64,000 nt of DNA from Zygnema circumcarinatum SAG 698-1b. Lineage: Eukaryota > Plantae > Zygnematophyceae. The stretch is taken from positions 1,572,297-1,636,296 of the forward strand of contig CM074819.1 of the NCBI GenBank assembly GCA_037447605.1, given 5' to 3'. Numbering within the stretch: position 1 is the stretch's first letter; each line of letters begins with the position of its first letter. The position numbers were made by a program, and so were the translations under genes. The notes beneath the pieces were generated by a model. That model worked only from the letters and a program-made list of their open reading frames with translations, made no database searches and was not told the origin of the DNA. Shown piece by piece: positions 1-11,284 of this stretch.

Positions 1-564
1 CCCTGACTCTCCTCCTCTCCCTCCCCACCCTTTCTGTCCTTCCTGCTCTCTCTCGCCGACCGAATCCTCCTTCCCCTCTCCCTTTACTTCCTCTTTTCCC
101 CGACTCCATGGATGATCCTCTCTCTGCACAACAGGCTCCCCTTCAAGCCTCAGCCATGGCGGCTCCTCCAACACGAGCGCTCTCACGAGATGCGGGTAAA
201 GCTTCGCAACCCTCGCCGCAGTAGAGGCCCCCATAGAGTGGCCCGCCAGTAGAACTGCCTCCCCATTCCCGAAATGTTTTATGGCTGCCACAGCATCTGC
301 GACAAGATTCTCCATAGAAAAGGAGCCTTCAGGAAGGGGCTGCGAGCCGCCATGGCCACGAGCATCAGGAAGAAAGACCTGGAAGTCCCCAGTGAGGAAG
401 GCAAGCACTGGGAGCACCACAGGGCCGGCCGCGAAGAGGCCATGGAGGAAGACGAGCTTGGGGAGGGAGACGGAGGGAGGCGGGACGGAGGAGAGGTAGC
501 GGATGTTGATGCTGTTGGCGTGCAAGAAGCCCTCCGTCCACGCTGCGGCCGCGGGGGCAGCCAT
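1..564 (-). CDS. Alpha/beta-hydrolase fold protein (Abhydrolase_1/6 type), 5' part; frame is open off the left edge
   Basis: Manual translation from ATG at 564, not in the ORF track: MAAPAAAAWTEGFLHANSINIRY...LVFLHGLFA...DFQVFLPDARGHGGS...LVADAVAAI...VLLAGHSMGASTAARVA...VRALVLEEPPW. It has the oxyanion HG motif, the D-x-RGHG-x-S motif and the G-H-S-M-G nucleophile elbow. No stop or intron over 188 codons. Confidence 0.9.
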   Translation of the reverse strand, partial: MAAPAAAAWTEGFLHANSINIRYLSSVPPPSVSLPKLVFLHGLFAAGPVVLPVLAFLTGDFQVFLPDARGHGGSQPLPEGSFSMENLVADAVAAIKHFGNGEAVLLAGHSMGASTAARVAKLYPHLVRALVLEEPPWLRLEGEPVVQREDHPWSRGKEEVKGEGKEDSVGEREQEGQKGWGGRGGESG

Positions 565-1061
565 GGATCCGGGAGAGCGAGAGAGGGGGAGGGGGAGAGA
601 GCTGGAGCGGTAAAGAGAGAGAGAAAGCCCTCGATGGTGCGGCCCTTCTCCGTTGCAAACCACGGTCAAACATCGTCCAATGGAAACGCGCCATGTGTAA
701 GCAATTGTACACGTGGCAAATGAACATTCGTGACACCTGAACTTGGATCCGCAAGCGAGACTTGTTACGCTCGCATTGCCAATTACGTGGACGAATAGTT
801 TGGTGCCACATGGCAATTCTAGCGAGAAGATCGTCTCCACGTTCTGCCACGTGGCACAACGTCGGCCGGCTAATTATGTTTGGACATTTTAACTTTGTCA
901 CGTGGCATTCATTTGTCGCCACATGTGCCCTAAGTCGGCAGCGCATGTTTTGTTGAACGCAACAAGTATAGAACATGCGGGGAGGGAAACATTGCGGGGC
1001 GAGGGTGTGGGTGTGGGCGTGGGCATGCATGCGCGCATGCATGCATGCATGTTCACGCAGT

Positions 1062-1157
1062 TGAACATTGTACTGAACATTGTTCTGAACATTGTACTGA
1101 ACATTGAATTGAACATTGTACTGAACATTGAATTGAACATTGCACTGAACATTGTGC
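1062..1157. repeat. 12-bp minisatellite (TGAACATTGNNN) x8
   Basis: Units start at 1062, 1074, 1086, 1098, 1110, 1122, 1134 and 1146. Confidence 0.92.
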
Positions 1158-2575
1158 CAAGTTGTGCTCGAGTCGCTATGGAAGGCTGCTCGACATTCAC
1201 ACAAGGAGAAAGGGCCGCCCATAAGAGTCACTGAGGTACAGTAGGGCATGTCAGATCTAGAAACCACCCGTAGTACTGGAACAAATAACTGTCGTGATTC
1301 CAATATCGAAACAAGTACATGTGAGAGCCCGATCCGCGTGCTCAAGTATACTTGTTTTAAACAACTCTCAGTACTGTGCTATTTCACATAAAACTGTCGT
1401 TCAATTGTCTGAAATGTGTCCAACTGTACTACCACATCGAAACCAGGATCAGTACACTGTACGAACGAAGCCAGGACCATGGATTTCGGAATCAGTATAC
1501 TGAAGTTCTTTCAGACCCAGTCTCAGTAGACGGTAACAGGAAAAGGTCCCGTGATTCGCCACGCTTCAGAATTCGGCAGTTACGTGACAGTCCCGTGAAT
1601 TACATATACGTATCAGAATCAGGACCTTGCTGTGAATCCAAAAAACAGTACCCCGCCGCCTGACCTCTCGTCCAGCGGTCCTCTGTCCATCCGTACGATG
1701 TCGCCTCCTGCGAAAGTGCACGGCTCGAACCGCAACCGTGCGAGATTTCGTACAGTTTACGTTACCGGAAACGGTTATCGTACGACCGGACGCGTAAGAT
1801 TGCAACGGGAGTCGACGGATCGTACATATACACCGGCCATTCGCATTAAAGAAGCCGTACGCTTCTGTCGCGAGAGTTGCCAGAAAGTGTACGAATTTCG
1901 TACAGTTTCCGTCCTGTCCGCTGATGGCCTCTTTGGTTCCCTTCCTGCCACTTGTCTCAGCTTTTGGTGTCAGCTGGAGTGGAGAGAGCGAGCGAGAGAG
2001 GGAAGGAAAGGGAGAGGGTGAGGGAGAGGGAGAGAGGGAGGGAGAAGGAGAGCGAGAGGAAGAGGGAGAGGGAGTGGGAGGAGAGGAAGAGAGGGAGGGG
2101 AGGGGGGAGGAAGGAGGGAGGAAGGGTGGGGGGGAAGGACAGGAAGGGAGGGAGAGGGGGAGGGAAGGACAGGAAGGGAGGAGGGAGGGAGACTGGAGCA
2201 AGCCTGGCAGCCATGGCTGCCAGCCACCTGCTGCCAAGGGCTCCCTACCTAGGGAAGGTGCTCGTCATGTGCTGAAGCGCTGCATTCTGAGGATTTTTAG
2301 AGGAGGAAGAAGTGCTGGTTGGTGCTGAGGAGGGAGGTAGGGAGAGGGGGAAGGAGGGAGGGAGAGAGGGGGGAGGGAGGGAGGAGGGAGGCGCGGAGGG
2401 GAATAGGGAGGGCGAAGTGGGAGAAAGGAGAAGAGGAAGGAGGAAACAGGAAAAGGAGAAAGGAAGATACGGACGAGGGGAGGGACTAAGGGCAGGTGAA
2501 AGGGGGAGGGAGAGAGGGAAGAAGGGAGGAGAAAGGGAGCAGGAGGAGAAGGTGGAGGGTGGGAGAGCGTCCGCC

Positions 2576-5500
2576 ATGGATGCGGAGAAATTGGGAGGGC
2601 GGAGGCCCTCATCCCGGAGCAGAAGCTCTCCGAGATCCGGCTCTCCTCCTCGGAGGGCAACAGACAGAGGCAGTCTGTGGGATGGGAGATATGACGGCTC
2701 GTCCTCAGCATACGATGATGTTTTGAATGCATCTGATGCAGGTATGTGCTGCATCCTGCTTTTTAGGGTTTGCTGAAAGTGGACCAACAACATGTGATTG
2801 GTACAAAATATGGCAGCGTTAGGGTTAGGGTTAGATTTTCCCTGCTGCTTTCTACAGCTGTATGCTGTAGGAGGGTGAGTTGGAACCTAGGGTTCGGATT
2901 TTTGGCACACGAAATATGATACTTTTGGATGATTCAGGGTTAGTAGCGGATGGGGAGGTCCACCATTCAGCTGAACAATGCAGCTTTGCGGTTTGTTAAT
3001 TCTGCTGGACTGATTTTTCCGAGTGCACTATGCGCGTCTGAGTTCCGCCACCTGTCTGAATGCGGGCTTCAACAAGTCTCAATAGCTGTAAGAGAGCAGG
3101 GAAATAAGAATGAATTGTTTGCAAACGTTCAAAAGGATAAGTTTGTATATATACAGAGTAGACATGAGTTAATGAGAGAGAGTCAGACAGGGAATTTGTG
3201 AGAGAGAGAGAGTGTGTCTGTGTGAGAGAGAGTGTCCAGGGGAGAAAGAGTCTCTGTGTGTGAGAGAGAGAGAGGGAGAGAGTCAGAGAGGGAGAGAGAG
3301 TCTGTGAGGGGGAGAGAGAGATCCTAATGCGTACAGATTCGGCGGCATTGTGCCTGCTAGTGCATGCAAGCATTACTGAAGGTGGGTTTCCTTTAAGGGT
3401 ACACTGTAACGCATGACCCAATGGCAGCTGGCCACATCGGAAAGAAAGTGTGTACGTGGCAATCTGTAATTGGTCGTGCCTTTCAGGCTACCCTCGATGG
3501 AAACCCCCCCTGCTTTGGCAGATTGGAAGCATATGGGGAGCTATCTTCAAGTGGAGTGCAGCTGGATAACCTTACTAAAAAATGTGTTGCAATTTTGGAA
3601 ACGAGGGAGATGGGTTCTATGCGATTAGACGATTCAGATGGAACTCACGTTCTCTATATTGGCATGGAAATTTTCCGGTATGAACTATGTCAGATATGCG
3701 ACAGTTTAGCCTCTTCTTGCGATCCTACACGGACAAAATGTAGATAGAAAGTTGTTGACAGCAGTAGGCCCTTGTATAGCCTAAGGGTCTTCGAAGAAGA
3801 GGCGGTGCTCTGTGTGGAAGAATGTCTGAAACATGAAGGCTAGATTGGAACTCAGCAACTCCCTTTCCTGACTGGGAGTATCGTGCCTCAGAAGTTAATT
3901 TGCACGTCGAAGTCTTCTTTAGCCGTTGTGCTGCCTTTCTCTCACCGACTTTTCTGAGCTTAAAGGGAGGCTTCATTATGGGTGGATGTTGTCCCCTGTA
4001 CTTGCTGAATCACCCACACACCTCTCTCCTTCCCTGAAATTGAACATGTTTCGTAAGTTCTTATGTGTGTTGCTTTGGGCTTCAAAGTCTGGTTAAGATA
4101 ACGGAAGGTAGGTTGACTGGAGTGCTGTTGTTTGGGCTTTTCAGAGAGAGTGCGAGTCACTATTCGAGTGAGACCGCCTAAAAAGGAGGAGCTCGAGCTG
4201 AATGAAGAGCCTGTAATGGACATCGATCCCAGCAAAGGACTCCTAATATTGCACAGGTATGGCATTTTGGGAACGCATTTGCAACTCATCAGTCCATGCA
4301 GAAGAAGGCTAACTTTCTACTCTCCACATACCCTTTTATTGCATTGTGTGTGCATGAGAAGAATGAGGAGAGGACGAGGGATGTGACCTAGAGAGAGAGA
4401 GAGAGAGCGAGAGAGAGAGCTCTCATTCTTTCCTGACTGCGCAGGGACGAGAGCACAGAGTTTCAGTTTGACGCTGTTCTGCCTCCCACTGCCACTCAGG
4501 CGGATGTGTACACAGTGGCAGCAAAACCCGTCGTTGCAGTGCGTGCCTTTTCCATGCATTCAGTTCAGTTTCAGTTTCAGTTTAAACGCATTGCATGTCA
4601 GTTCAAATCGAATGGTCCTTCACCTTGTTCTCCTTACCTCCTCTCTTCTTACTATTAAATGGACTGTTAAGTCCAAGCGAGCGAATGCACTGCCACTTTT
4701 TATGAATGACGTGAGTTAAGAGGTCTAATGTGGTGTGAATATTGCCGTGTTATCTAGGACGTATTGAACGGATACAACGGAACAGTTATGGCTTACGGAC
4801 AAACTGGGGCCGGAAAAACATATACCCTGTCCAGCACTGAGCCAGGTCATCTGGGTGAGTGCAAAGCCGCCTGCATACTCTACATATTCTAATATCAGGA
4901 TTAGTCCTCTACTTTGAATTTTCCGTACTCTCAGATCTTGGACCAAAAGGAAAATTTCCCAAAAACCTTGCAAAAGAAACATAGTAGCTTCCTAGCGGTT
5001 CTCACAGTCTGTCGGAGCTTGAAGCTGGAAAATGAGGGTTTCAAAATTCAAGTGCTTTGAATTGATTTTGGAGTTCGAACTATGTGTTCTTACCTACTAG
5101 CTAACTAACTAATTAACCAATTAACTACGAACTATTACCTTGAAACTGCTTTGAGGCTTTACAGGGATCATTCCACGAGCAGCAGAGGAAGTTTTTTCAA
5201 TGGCCAGAGCGGACGGAGCACACGACTACCGTGTTTCTATGTCCTATATTCAAATTTACATGGAAATGGTAAGTTATAATGACTCCATTTGGTCTAAATC
5301 ACACCAACGATAGGTCGTATTTGGTCTCTTGAGGTCCTAAACCCAACACAAAATGGGTTATTTGTGAAACAGATTCAAGACCTTCTACGCCCTTCGAGCT
5401 CGAACATGCAAATTCGTGAAAGTGAAAATGGGGTCTACCTTTCCGGCGTTGAGGAGGTGGGTATAGAAGCAGTGAATTGCTGCTTTCACTTCGGCTGAAC

Positions 5501-7373
5501 TTGATGTAGACTTACAGGTTTTCTCCAAAGGGCTTTTTTTGTTGAAGAATGGGGACTCACGAAGAGGTCTCTTGCCTGCATTTTCTGCAGGTGGAAGTGA
5601 AGTGTGTGGATGATTGCTTAAAACTTTTGTATTTGGGAGAGCGAAATCGGGCAGTTGCATTCACCAAGTTGGTGAGATGCTTTGAAAAACTAAAACCCTT
5701 CTTATTCTAAGCCACATCCTTACAAGATTCTTGTAACAAGTATTAACAAGCAGCCTCCCAAAACATCAGCATTATGGGGACTCGTTCTGAACTTTCGAGT
5801 TTGATTTGAAATCAGATTCCATACTATTCATGTCTCTGATCTTTATTTGAAAACAACACGGAGTTCGTTTTCGATTTTAACGTTCTTTTGCAAAGAATGA
5901 GCTCCCCAAGTGGAGAATTGTACTTCTTAGAGCACTGTTCGAAAGCATCAGTTTTTCGTGCATACTTTTGAACAACACTACCTCAACAACACCCACATGA
6001 CTTATCCTGCCCTGCGATCTCACTCTATACTGAGACAAAATCTGCACCTTTAAGGCTTACATATATGCTAGTAATACATATTCTTTTCAAAACCTTACTT
6101 TTTCGGGAACGGAGGGGCAGAATGCGCATTCTTCTCGAAGCCATGCTATTGCAGTGATCACAGTGGAGAAGAAGCGAAGGAGGCAAAGTGACAGTCCCGA
6201 AGGGAAGGAGGGAGAGGGGAAGGCACCTCTCGCACCTGCTAAGGAGAAGTAAGCAGCTTCATGCCATTTCCTTATAAGCAATGCCTTCTTCCCTTCTCTC
6301 CTCCCTCCTGCCTTTCCCAATCACAAGTTTTCCTTCGACCTCCCGTATTGTGCCCCTTTGTAGTCAATTGCAAGTCTCTTTTTCCTTCGGACTCCTATTC
6401 CCTTATAATAATATCCTTGACACCGCCCCCTTTCCGCTTCTCTCCTTCCTCCCTTCGTTCCTTTCCTCGGCCCTCTCCCTCCTCTCTTACCCCTTCCCCT
6501 CCCCTCCTTGTCTTCTCCTCTCGCCCCACTCATCCCACCCACCTATTTCTCTCCTCTCCTTTCCCACCCATCCCACCTGCCTTTCGCCTTCCACTCATCC
6601 ATCCTCCCTGCCCTTCCCGCTGCTTCTTTTTTTTCCACCTTCCGTCCTCCCTCCCTCACTCCTTCCCTTTGTTTTCTCCCCTCCCTCCTCCCTACCTTCC
6701 CTCACCCCTTTCCCCATTTTCCGTATACCTTCCACAACTCAATGGAAAAAGGCACTCGCACAGTTCGGGCAGAAGAAGGAATGCTCAGGAAAATGGCTGA
6801 GACTAGTGAATAAAAGAACTAGAAAAACTTGTCTCTGTCGTTGATTTCATCGTCATTTTGTGACTTTTGACGCAATATTAAAAATTATCGTTATGCAAAT
6901 GGGTAGTTGAGCTAGAGGATGTGTAGCTTGCAGTGGTTCTATGGATCGAGAATTTGAAATTTGTTTTGGAAAGGTCTGATTGGCTGACTCTGTCCTTGTT
7001 TGTTACTTTTTGCATGGGTAGAATTCTTGTGGGTAAACTCTTCTTGGTGGATTTAGCGGGTTCTGAGCGTTTAAAAAAGTCAGGTAAAGTTCAACTTTTT
7101 TGTTTGTTTGTCAACAGTTTGTCTTAACATTCGGCTTTTCTAAACCAGTCGGAATTTCCATATTCAGATAAAAAACCTGTTCTCCCTTAAAATACCTGTG
7201 AATATCTTACCTTGGATTTACAGTTGACACCAACACTGGAGTTCTATGGAACTGAAACTGAAACTGAATTTGCATGGAAATGCCATCTGCAGGTTCCGAA
7301 GGAGTACGAGCGAATGAAGCCAAGAGTGTCAATTTGTCGTTAACTTCTTTAGGTATCTTACATGTTAACACCC

Positions 7374-7407
<34 letters not shown>

Positions 7408-10400
7408 GCTTTTGCTCTCTCTCTCTCTTAAGTTTGAAAGCATCATGTTGTGGAATAACACCATTTCATACAACTCAGGCTTGCTACGCTTTAAGTCATA
7501 AAACATGCGTTTTCTTTTCTGCTCAACATTGTGAAATTGCCTCCGATTAATGCTCGCAAAATCTCTCTCTCTCTGTCTTTCTCTCTCACTCTCTCTCTCT
7601 CGCTCTCTCTCTCTCTCATATTGCTTGGCTTCATGGTTCCAACATGTATAACAAGAGATTGTTTAACAAGTTGTTAGTACTTGCAAGAGCCCTCCGTTTC
7701 GGGATTTGTCGATATTGTTTTTTTGTGGTACACCAACTTTGTCTTTATGCTCATGTTCTATGTAGGAAAATGCATAAATGCCCGAGCGGACCCTATGGCC
7801 ACACATGTACCATTCCGTGACTCAAAGCTTACTCGCCTCCTGCAGGAATCCTTAGGAGGTGGGTGCTTAGAATATGTGCTTTTACTGTCTTGTTTTCGTT
7901 AAGTCGAGTTCTGTTCTGTTGAATTACCATTCCCTTTCTATTCCACCTTCCTATATCCGTTCATGTCTCAGTTCTACTGTGGTTGAAGATGTTTATATGT
8001 GGGGAGGGGGGGGGGGGGGGGGGNNNNNNNNNNGAGGGAGAGGGAGAGGGAGAGGGAGAGGGAGAGGGAGAGGGCGTTTTTTCCCCTCTCATAGTTATCT
8101 TGACGTTGTTTGGGTGGTCCTGCAGGGAATGCAAAAACATCACTTGTCATAAACGTTGCCCCGACAGTGCATCATGTCTCCGAATCCATGTCTTCTCTCT
8201 TGTTTGGCTCGAGGGTACGCCCTCAACCCCCTTTCACTCGTTTCTCTCTTTCTCCTTTTCGTTATTAGTCTACTGGGTTTCCTCTGCACGCATGCTTCTC
8301 TCTCCTCTCTGCCCTTTGCTCTCTGCTCAATCCTTTCCGGTCTCTCCTATCTTTTCTTTCTTCTCTCCTCTTTGCTCTCTCCTTTCTGCTCTCTGCTCTC
8401 GCCTCTCTGCTCTCCCCCCTCCGTTCTCTCTCCTATGCTGCTCCCCCCTCCTTTTTTCTCGTTCATCGACCCGAATTCCTCGGCTGTTGTATTGAGTGAC
8501 GGCTGATGGTTGGAGCTCTCTCTCACTCTCTCTCTCTCTCTCTCTTTCTCGTCATACGGTTCTCCCTCCTCTCTCCTCTCGCGAGTGCAGGCCATGAAGG
8601 TGAAAACCAAGGCGCAAGTGAACGTGGAGGAGGAGTACCGCCAGCTCACACGCAACCTCCAGGAGACGATTGACATGCATGACGACCGTGTACATTCATT
8701 AGAGGTAAAGAAAGCAGAGAATTAGAGAGAGATAGGGGGGAAGAGAGCGGGAGCGTTGAGAGAGAGAGAGAGAGAAAGTGAGAAAAGGAGTTTGTGTGTG
8801 TGAGTGGGAGAGAGCTAAAGTGTATTTCTGAGAGAGATGGAGCAAGTCAGCTTCTCTCTCCCTGTGTTCCCTCTATTCAGCCCTCTCCCTTCTCCTCCTG
8901 CAGGTGGTGGTGTATTCACAGGAGGAGCAGCTCGCCCAAGCAAAGGCCCGTTTGGGGTTGCAGGAGGAGCAGCTCGCTCAGCTTCAGGCAGAGAGAGAGG
9001 AGGAGCAGGTGGCGAGGGAGGCTGCGTGGGAGGCCCGGTAACACACGCCTTAAACCCTAAAAACTATGGGAAACCTAAAAATGCAGTTGTTTCAGGATTT
9101 TAATATTCATCGAAACTGTAAAAATGGCCAAGAAAAAGGGAGTATGAAGGTCACCAAATTACCATGTTTGGGGCTGTTGATGGTGGGTCTGAGAAAGGCC
9201 GGATAAGCATTACAGCTGTCCTTGCTCTATTGCGAGAGAGAAAGTTGAGAGATAGAGGAAATTCAGGAGGGGAAGCGAGAAAGTCGAGGGGATACAAGAT
9301 AGGAGATGAGAGAAAGGAGGGAAGTGGAGAGGAGATAATATAGACGAGATGAGAGAATCGGGAAGAGAGAAGAGGATGGGTGACAGGAGGACTTTAGTGG
9401 ATGGAGAGGTCGAGAGTGGAGAAAGAAGTAAGAGGAATCCAATATTCTTATTCATCCTATGAAAGCAGAACAGTCTTAGTGACTCTTAAAAGTGCTATTC
9501 GCAGACTGGAGGAAGTTCAGGAGGCAGCGAGACAAGCAATGGATGAGGTTCAGCTCATGCATCGAGTGGTAAGAGGAGTGAAAAGGAGGGTGGTGCTTTT
9601 GAAAAGTGGGAGGGAGAGGGAGAGGGAGAGGGAGGGAGGTGCTTTTGGTGGGATTAGAACAGCTCCTCAGAAGCGTCGTTTAACTATCAGATGCAGTGAG
9701 AATTATTATGCTTATTGCACTTAGACGGGGTTGGTTTCGATGTGTTATATGCTTCGTTTACTTTGGGAAGACTGTACTTCGTATCTTCACAGAAAGACTG
9801 CATTTCTTTTGTCTCATATTCGTGTTGATGAGAGATGGTTCTATGCAGAATTTGGCGCAAACTGTGGAAACCATGAATGCTCAGAGGGACAGTTTAACGG
9901 AAACACTACGGAGAACAAGAGAACGTATTTTCCAACCCCTTCTAGAGAGAGTCTTAGTAAGATGGAATGTAAGAAATGGAGTTTTTAGCTTTTTCATAAG
10001 AGGGAATGAGGCAGCTGTTCGAGCGACTGGGACTCGATTGTTTGATGATATGGGGAGTGAGGGGAAGGGGGAGGAGGAGAGGGAGCAGGAGAGGGAGAGG
10101 AAGAGGGTGGCTTGGGGCAGCTAAGCGAGCGATTGGGACTCGACTACTTGATGATAAGGGGAGAGACATAGAGAGAGAGAGAGAGAAGGGGGGAGGAGAG
10201 GGATAGTGAGAGGAAGAGATGGTGGCAGTGAGATTCTGATTGGTTTTCCTTGACTGATGCGCAGAGGTGAGTAGATTGGAAGAGCGCATTAAGGAATTGG
10301 AGAAGAGGGAGGAGGAGTTGCTGTTCGAGGATGATGAGGAGGAGGAGGAGAAGGACAATTCACCAGAGGTGAGTCTTCTCCTTACTCCCTTAATGTTCTA

Positions 10401-11284
10401 TTTATCCCATTTTCTGCTTGGGTTTTTGCACTTATTGTTGTATAATCCACTGCTTAAGTTAAAAGTATAGCAACGGACTCACGTGATAAAACGTCGTGCA
10501 TGGCCTTGTTGCAGGATGGGGAGGAGGGAGGCAGTGAGAGAGAAAGGGAGGAGAGAGCAGCCTTAGCCATTCAGAGAGAGGTGCGGGAGAGGAGGCTTCG
10601 GAGGATGATGCATGAACTGGCAGCTACTCGAGAGGTACAATATAGCCATCACATTTGCTTTCAAAAGGGATTGTGGCCCTCATAGTATGGGGCATGAACT
10701 GGGTTTGAATTGGGCTTCATCTTTTTTGCCCCCCTTGATTTCTTGTTCTTTTCGTTTCTGGATAGACCAACTGCAAAGCGAGGGGGGGGGGGGGGGGNNN
10801 NNNNNNNGAAGAGGAGAGTTGGGGTAAGTGGGGAGAGAGTGAGAGTAGAGGAGAGAGATGGGAGAGTGGGGAGAGAATGAAAGAGAGGGAGGGAGAACGA
10901 GAGAGAGAAGGGGGGGACCGAAGGCGGGTGGAGAGTTGGGAGAAGAAGAGAGAGAGAGAGAGGGGAGCGGAGTCAAGAGTCGAGAGATAGAGAATGAATT
11001 GAGAGGACGAGGTGAGAGGGGGGGAGAGAGCGAGAGAGAGAGGGCGGGCGAGAGAGAGAGAGAGCTGTTCCTTTTTAATGGAATGGGCTGTGCTCCATGT
11101 ACGAGTGCAGAGAGTGCGGGAGGCTGAGAAGGATGTCCATCGGCTTGAAGAGGACAAAGGAAGGCTTCAAGAGATTTCTGCTGCAGCAGGGCACCGCCTT
11201 ATAAAGGATTCTATTACGCACATGACGTCAGCATTCAACGCCCTAAATCGGCATTTTTTAACTCCGCGAAATCTGCAGAGCTAA
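2576..11284 (+). CDS. Kinesin motor protein, ARK (armadillo-repeat kinesin)-like motor with coiled-coil tail; about 19-20 exons
   Basis: Spliced motor motifs: [11 protein letters not shown] (4143), FQFDAVL...[10 protein letters not shown] (4445), P-loop [17 protein letters not shown] (4758), switch I NAHSSRSH (6120), switch [11 protein letters not shown] (7040), [18 protein letters not shown] (7800), [10 protein letters not shown] (8135), AMKVK neck (8591). GT-AG junctions are phase-compatible where checked. Stop at 11284; tail exons are less certain. Confidence 0.92.
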
